Below the pieces are notes generated by a model. The model made no database searches. It had not been told where the DNA came from and worked only from the letters and a program-made list of their open reading frames with translations. DNA of 56,177 nucleotides from NCBI RefSeq assembly GCF_004010195.1, contig NW_025214946.1:1-56177 (forward strand), given 5' to 3'. This document shows positions 49,807-56,177 of this stretch, one piece after another. Position 1 is the first letter of the stretch. Each line of letters begins with the position of its first letter. This DNA is from Chiloscyllium plagiosum (Eukaryota). A program made the position numbers and the translations under genes.

Positions 49807-50423
49807 TGAGAGAGAAAACTTTCAGGTTGTCAGGTGTATGTTGATTTTAACGAATATAGAGGGTCTTTTAAGAAATAGTTTTAAACTAAGAAATTACTTT
49901 GAGTGTTGCAGCTGACCACAAAAGAAAAAAATAAGCAGGAGGGGCATTTCGCAGTAAGCTCATAGTTTGTAGGTCCTCTTTTTGGACTATCAAGATAGTA
50001 AAGGATGATCTCAGAAGTCAGAAGGTTTGATAAGAAAAGAGGAACTGGACAAAATAACAGGACGGCTGTAACGAACAAGGACAGACAAATAAGACAGATG
50101 TAAAGAAAAACAAGAGAGGCAATTAATAAGTATGATAGGCTTAGGTTTGGGTGCAGGGAATTCCCAAATGAAGGAATAGCGGGCACAAGTAATAATCAAA
50201 TAAGGTGGCAGAATGAAGTAGACACTTATGATAGGTTTATTGCTCAGTGTAGGAGTGTCGAGAGACCCCTCAGAAAAGTATAAAAAAAAGCTCTGTATTT
50301 TACTTTCGGGTGTGTCTCTCTTCATAGAGCTACCCATCTTTAAAGTTGTTCGAATAAATGTGCTGCTTCTGAACTCTTTGATTCGGACTGAAAATTATTG
50401 ATTAAGTGGGTTCGTTTCTCACA
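49807..50423 (+). repeat. ERV 3' LTR
   Basis: Homologous to the 5' LTR; TATAAA at 50279-50284, AATAAA at 50353-50358. Confidence 0.95.
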
Positions 50424-51740
50424 CAAGCAAAATCATTGAGTCCCATTCGGTTTGGAAACTAAGATAATCGGCTAGATTCACTCGCTCTGGCTTTGTTTGG
50501 TGATGTCCTCATTGAGCATAGCCTCCACCTCCTTCTGGACCTGTCTGGCTTTGAGAAGTTTAAGATGATATGGATGCTGTTTTATAAGAACAGTATTCTC
50601 TACGTCTACTTCATGTACAGTAGCATTAGTCCCCCTCCATATAATTCTTACATATGACCTCATACTGCAATAACAAACCTTTCAGCTGCGTTCTATGCTC
50701 CTGAGACAGATAGCTTACGAACTTAACCCACTGCTCAACGACTTCTGCATTTTAAACATATTTTGAGGCACATCAAAATCCAAAATATTTGAATTTGATC
50801 CCTCACTCTGTGGGGCAGTAACTGCCATCTGTTTCTCCAATTCTTTCTCTCCTCTACTTTTCAGGAGGGACATATACACTCATTTATAACCCACATGAAG
50901 GGGTCTTCAAATGTGGGAATTGGCAACTGAGGTGTCAGTTTCATTACTGTCCGTGGCCTACCTACTATTTGGCATGAATGACATGTATGCCAGAAGTTAA
51001 CCACATCTTTGAGCATTCCAGGTCAATAAAAATGTTTTCTCCCTTAGCATTAGCCCGAGTCTTTCATGCCCCTAGGTGACCTCTTACAGGTAGTCCCTGT
51101 GCTACACGTAAAACGTCCTGTCTCTATGCTACTGGCAACACAATCTGGTGTACCTTGGCACATGTCTCCTCTGCACTAACCTGATGTGCTCTTAATTTCC
51201 GTCTTAAGATCTATCTTTCGGATAATAACTCTCAAGAATATTCTCTGCCTCCTTTTCAGAGTACACATCCACATATATATCTTTTATCAACTTGTCTGTC
51301 TGTTGCAAGTCCCTTTGCCTTTCAGGTCAAAACAGCTCTGTCTGACACTCTGCTTGTTCGGTTTTCCCTGCACCATTAAGGCAAACCGGGTACCAACTAA
51401 CTGAACCTCAACTCCTTAATCTTTGTCTTTAGCTGTGCTTCATGCTGTGACTTATGATAGTGGGATCTGGCTACTGGACAGTCTGGGAAAATACCAGGAT
51501 ATTTCTGATTTAACTCGTCAATTTCTTGGTCTTCCTTGGGCTTCTCCACAACGAGTGGTGTCCCTCACAACTTGGATCCTGCTAAATCATTCCCAAGAAC
51601 AAACTGGACTCGTGAATCTGACACTCTGTCAATCATTCCCACTGTAACTTCCCCAGTCTTGAGTAGGCACTCCCACCTGATCTGACATAGGGGAACGCTA
51701 AATTTCTGTCCATCTTTCCCATAAATTAATATACTCTCTG
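50424..51740 (-). mobile_element. Gmr1-like Gypsy LTR retrotransposon pol relic (PR-IN-RT order)
   Basis: Minus strand: QFVLGNDLAG; HQIVLP..GHLG..HFY*PG..TCHSCQIVG..PIPTFEDPF (IN); then HEVDV..IKQHPY..PIILVSKPNGT.*FCL (RT start). Confidence 0.85.
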
Positions 51741-52279
51741 GTAAAAATTTACAGTGTAAAATCTACAAAGGAGAATTGACTGGTTTTGAAACGTGATTTT
51801 TTTTTGTAAATCTTAATCGTGGTGTTTTGTTTTATCGGACCAGTATTGTAGAGTGGGAGGTAAAAGATAGGTTTAACGAAACGAGTTCTAAATAGTTACT
51901 CATTTTAATATTCTCTGTTGGAGTTAAATAGCAAAATTGTCAATTTTACTGTAAATAGTGACCGATGTAAATGGTTCTCTGCCTCTCGAAATTTATCTCG
52001 TGTCGGCTTCGATGTTCTGTTGTGCAAACTTTTTATAGACAGGTACCTTTCAGAAAGCTCTTCCGCCAGCAGTCTATCTTTGTGGGTGTCCTTGACAGTC
52101 CTCCCCCTAAATGTTCAAAATTACCAGTTTTACACCTCAAATTGTTGGATTATTTCATTGATCTTGACGTCATCAAACGTATTATATTTCAAACTCAATT
52201 GGATTTCAGTGTGTTGGGGCATAATTTAAACTGAATTTATTTTTGTTCCATGGGGAGCCTCAAAGAACGATTCGTCGAA

Positions 52280-54105
52280 CGTAGGAGGGATGATTTCTTC
52301 TAGTAACATCTCAAGGGAACAAACAGAGAACTGACTTTGTTATAATGTAATGAGGAAGGAGTGACCAATCATACTGTAGTACAAGATCACCTTAGAAAGA
52401 GTGACCACAACATGCTAGAGTTTCACATTCAGACTGAAACAGTGAAGAAAAAGTCACAGATGTGAGGTGTAGTGTTGGCCAATGATAAGTCTACTGGCCT
52501 GAGGAAGGGCTTGGCCTGAGTGGAATTGGCAAAAACATTTAAGGGCGGCACAGTTGAAGAACAGTGGCAACTACATCGGGAGATAGTCCAAACTCCTTAA
52601 TAAAAGTGTAATCCTGAGTGGAAGAGGAAATTTAAAAAAGGTGAAAAGTGATCCATGACTTAACAAGGAATTTAATTATAACATGAAGGCATTATCACCG
52701 ACTGCTGATCCAGATAATGTTCTGGGGACTCGGGTTCAAATGCCGCCATGTCAGATGGTGGAGTTTAAATTCAATATGAACCTGGAATTAAGAGTCTGTT
52801 GATGGTAATTAATCCTTTGCTTATTGTTTGAAACACCCATATGTTTTATGAATGTCCTTTAGGATCCGAAACCACCATCCTTGCCTGGTCTGACCTACAT
52901 GTGACTTCAAACCCACACAAAGTTGTTTGACACTTAGCTGTCCTCTTAGCAATTAGGTTAGGTCAATGAGTGCTGTCTAACCAGCGACGCCATCTTCCTA
53001 TGAATGGAATAAAGAAAAGCGCTTTAATTGTTCGCAAACTTTTGCTAAAAACAAAATCAAAATGGCTACGAAGAAAAATGCGTCAAATCATAAGAATTGA
53101 TAAAGAACACTTCTCCAAGTAGACGAAAAGTATAAGAACGCTGAACGCAAATGTTGGCCTTTTAGAGAATGAAAACGGCGGGGTAGTAATGGGGAACTCA
53201 GAAGTGGCAGAGGTAAAGCCAACACTTCTTGCTTTCACAGTGGAAGATAATTTCTTCCCAAAATTTACAACAACTGCAAATGATCTTGATGGAAGTGCGA
53301 TGCTGAGAGAAAAATGTATTAAATACATTGATGGGATTAGAGGGAGGCCAGGCTCTCGGCTTGCACTCTATTATAATAAAGGAGGTAACAGCAGAGGTAC
53401 CTAACGTGTTAGTTACGATATTCAAAAAGTCCTTTGATTCTGGAACTGTGCCGAACTATTGGAAAATTAATAATGTGACACTCGTATTCAAAACAAGAGA
53501 CAGGAAAAAAAATGGCAAATTTTATACCACTGAGTTTTAACTCTGTGGTGGGGAAGTTTCTTCAGTCAACCATAAAGTAGGAAATAACTGAACATTTGGA
53601 AAAAACAAAGATCAGTTGACCACTGTCAGCACGGTTTCATGATGGGCAGGTTGTGCTTCACATACCTGCTGGAGTTCTTTGAGAACGTAACCAACAATGT
53701 GGATAATTGGGATACAACAACTGCTGTACATTAAAACGTCAGAAGGCATTTGACAAGGTGCTGCATAAAAGACTGATCTAGCAGGTTAGATCCCGAGGGT
53801 TACGGGTAGAATATTGAATTGTATAAAAGATTGGCTTACTGACAGAAAGCTAAGCATCAGAGTAACTGGTCTTTCTCTGACGAACTAAAACTAGTGAGGT
53901 GCTGCAGGTTTCAGTTCTCAGACTTCAACTGTTTACAATCAATCCAAATGACTTGGAAGGAGAGACAGAGTGTAGCAAGTAAATTCACAGATGGTACTAA
54001 ACTAGGTGGTAAACAGGCTGTAATAAGGAAATAAAGAATTTACAGATGAATATTGGAAATTGGAGCAGATTGTTATATCTGGCAGATGGTATTTAATGTG
54101 GATAA
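52280..54105 (+). mobile_element. Old CR1 EN-RT relic
   Basis: agtgaccacaacatg (SDHN), VPNYWKINNVTLVFK, QHGF, KAFDKV motifs. Confidence 0.75.
52700..53017 (+). mobile_element. SacSINE1/Deu-domain SINE
   Basis: B box gggttcaaatgcc, Deu-like core, homologous to 5525-5760. Confidence 0.7.
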
Positions 54106-55415
54106 TCCTTCCGCCACTTCTAATTTCTATGTTCTTGTGTTGCTCCATCTGCAGTTCTTTGAAGTTTATTCATTATTGGTGGCTGGGGTGACAGGAGTCG
54201 AGGGGTCTGGTTGAGGGAGGTGCAGGTTGCTCTGAGTGTCTGGAACAAGACATTAATGTGGAGAATATACCGCAGTTAGGCTTTGTTGATTCCCACAGCC
54301 GGCCTGGCACCCAGCTGGCCTACCCTGTTCTTTATTCCTGATGTTTAATTGCCTGGAGTAAACCACATTAAAATGTTGCAGTCAGACAGACAGTCCGTAA
54401 TTAACTTGCCCATTTCATAATAAAAAGACAAATTACCATTCCGATCAGAAGTAAATACTTGGCAATTCTTTTGAGATTTCAATGACGATTTGCTGCAACT
54501 TCAGTCTGGGAAGTAGGTGACGGGACTGAAAAACACTTTAGCATTGTTGCAACTTTATAGTTTAGATATTGGGTAAAGATATTACATTATCAATACTGTT
54601 GGAAAGTGTCATACTGAATATCTTATGAAAAATATTTTGAATTATTATAAAATAATACAAACATTGAAAAGATTAGAAAAGGAAGATGTAAACAGGATAT
54701 AAATCTTTAAAGAGGTCAGGGGAAAGGGCAAATATTGCTCTTTGGATCATAGTTGAGAAACTATATCTGCATTTGAGCATGTTGGAGAGTTGAATGGAAA
54801 AATTGTATTATTTCAATGAACAGATTGCGAAACGGAGGCACGAGGAATGGGGAATCTGGATCACAAAACAAACCTCTGCATCAATATCACATTTTTCAGA
54901 AGACAATATAAATCTTGAAATATTTTAAAACCAAATACATTTAGAAATACGAAAGTTTTTCTACAGTTTACAGATTAATGGTGAGACCACTTTCACTTTA
55001 TAAGTGTGTCTCCTTTTTATTGAGCCTTCGCGTAAGGGGAAAAGCCGCTCTCTGATCACCCTGTGCATACCCCTCATGCTATTAAACACCTCCATCAGGA
55101 GCACCTCTCAACCTTCTTTGCTTAAAAGTAAAATCAAGTAAATCTAGCCTCTGTTCAATTTGTGTATACTCTTGTCTTGACACTTCAGAAATGTATCACA
55201 TTCATATGTGGTAAATTTCATCAGCGATTTATTTGTCCACCTGAACAGTTAGTTTATATCCACCTGTACCCTCACACGTTCCTCCTCACTGAAGGCCACC
55301 AGCTTATCATTGTGTCATCCACAACATTATTTATCATTCCTCACAAACTCTATCCCTCCCATTCTCACCATCATCATTTATGAAGTTTACTACTTAGCAT
55401 TGATTTTCTTCCCGT

Positions 55416-55875
55416 TCTCTTGTTTTTCCTATTTTGGTGAATTTACAGCATAATGCAGTTGAGGTTTTTTTATGAGGGAGCTACTAAATTTATTTTGGGC
55501 ATGGAACTGAATTCACCTTTTATACTATGCTGCCCTCTATGTTTTATTCAGAAGGCTTGTACGTAATTAATATTGGATTAGGTTTAGATGGCTTTCCCTG
55601 CAAAATTTGGGTTTTACGTGGACCTGGGTAATGTTCTTTGTATCATTCCTGCAATAGTCAGAGCTGAAGGAACTTTCCATCTGTACGATGAACAAAGATT
55701 CACAGTTTTGTTTGAAAGAGTTCGAGTAATGAGGATAAAGATTAAATTAAATTCTATATTTTGAATTGTAGCAGGAGATTAAATCATATCGTCAAGTCAC
55801 TTTGAATTGGGAACAAATTAGTAAAACATACACCCACTTTACTTCATATTGTAAAAACAGTTTCACATAATATTG
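55416..55875. repeat. Old paralogous segment, copy 2 (inverted relative to 14420-14890)
   Basis: See copy 1. Confidence 0.85.
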
Positions 55876-56177
55876 TCAGAGCAGCTTGATCTTACAGCTG
55901 CTCCTGGGATTGCAGGTTGTAAAATATTTCATGTAGTCTTTTTTGCAATTGATATGATTATTATAGTTTATTAATTTAACATCATTTTTTCTATTTTGTT
56001 TCATTAACATACAAAAATGAAAAAAATGAACAAACTCACAACTTTCTTTCAAACGAACTTTTGTTTTAAAAGAGCTTTTTAAGGGTGGTTTACAAAAAAA
56101 ACGTCAATTTATGTTTTAAAAGATTTATTTTATTACACTGCAAATGTGTTTGTGCTTTGAAAAATTAATCAGCTCTT

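Larger units (their letters stand above)
43389..50423 (+). mobile_element. Defective class I (gammaretrovirus-like) endogenous retrovirus
   Basis: LTR-PBS-gag-pol-env-PPT-LTR order with recognisable motifs in each part. Confidence 0.97.

Overview
Eukaryotic, repeat-saturated vertebrate DNA. The repeat content (HE1-type V-SINEs, SacSINE1/Deu-type SINEs, CR1 LINEs with (ACATAGA)n or (ACAATAG)n tails, Penelope-like elements) points to a cartilaginous fish, probably a shark; this is an inference. I could not support any intact host protein-coding gene. Contents: two Penelope-like retroelements and several pLTR fragments carrying minimal hammerhead ribozyme cores; many CR1/L2-type LINE fragments, four with head-to-tail internal duplications; a Vingi/Ingi-like relic; a Harbinger-type Myb/SANT gene relic; four minisatellites; a Gmr1-like Gypsy relic; and a ~7 kb defective class I (gamma-like) endogenous retrovirus at 43389-50423. 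The provirus has two LTRs, a tRNA-Pro PBS, a PPT, deleted gag/pol, and an env split by a CR1 insertion. It is the most interesting part of the window. Its flanks do not match, suggesting a recombinant provirus. Its integrase tail has the spacing of the MLV BET-binding motif. Its leader has three covarying hairpins, and two antisense copies of its own gag/pol junction or adjacent pol sequence lie nearby. An old inverted paralogous segment (14.4-14.9 kb vs 55.4-55.9 kb) has a perfect 18-bp hairpin in only one copy. I see no convincing wholly new biological system. All alignments and identities were judged by eye, and boundaries of degraded repeats are approximate.
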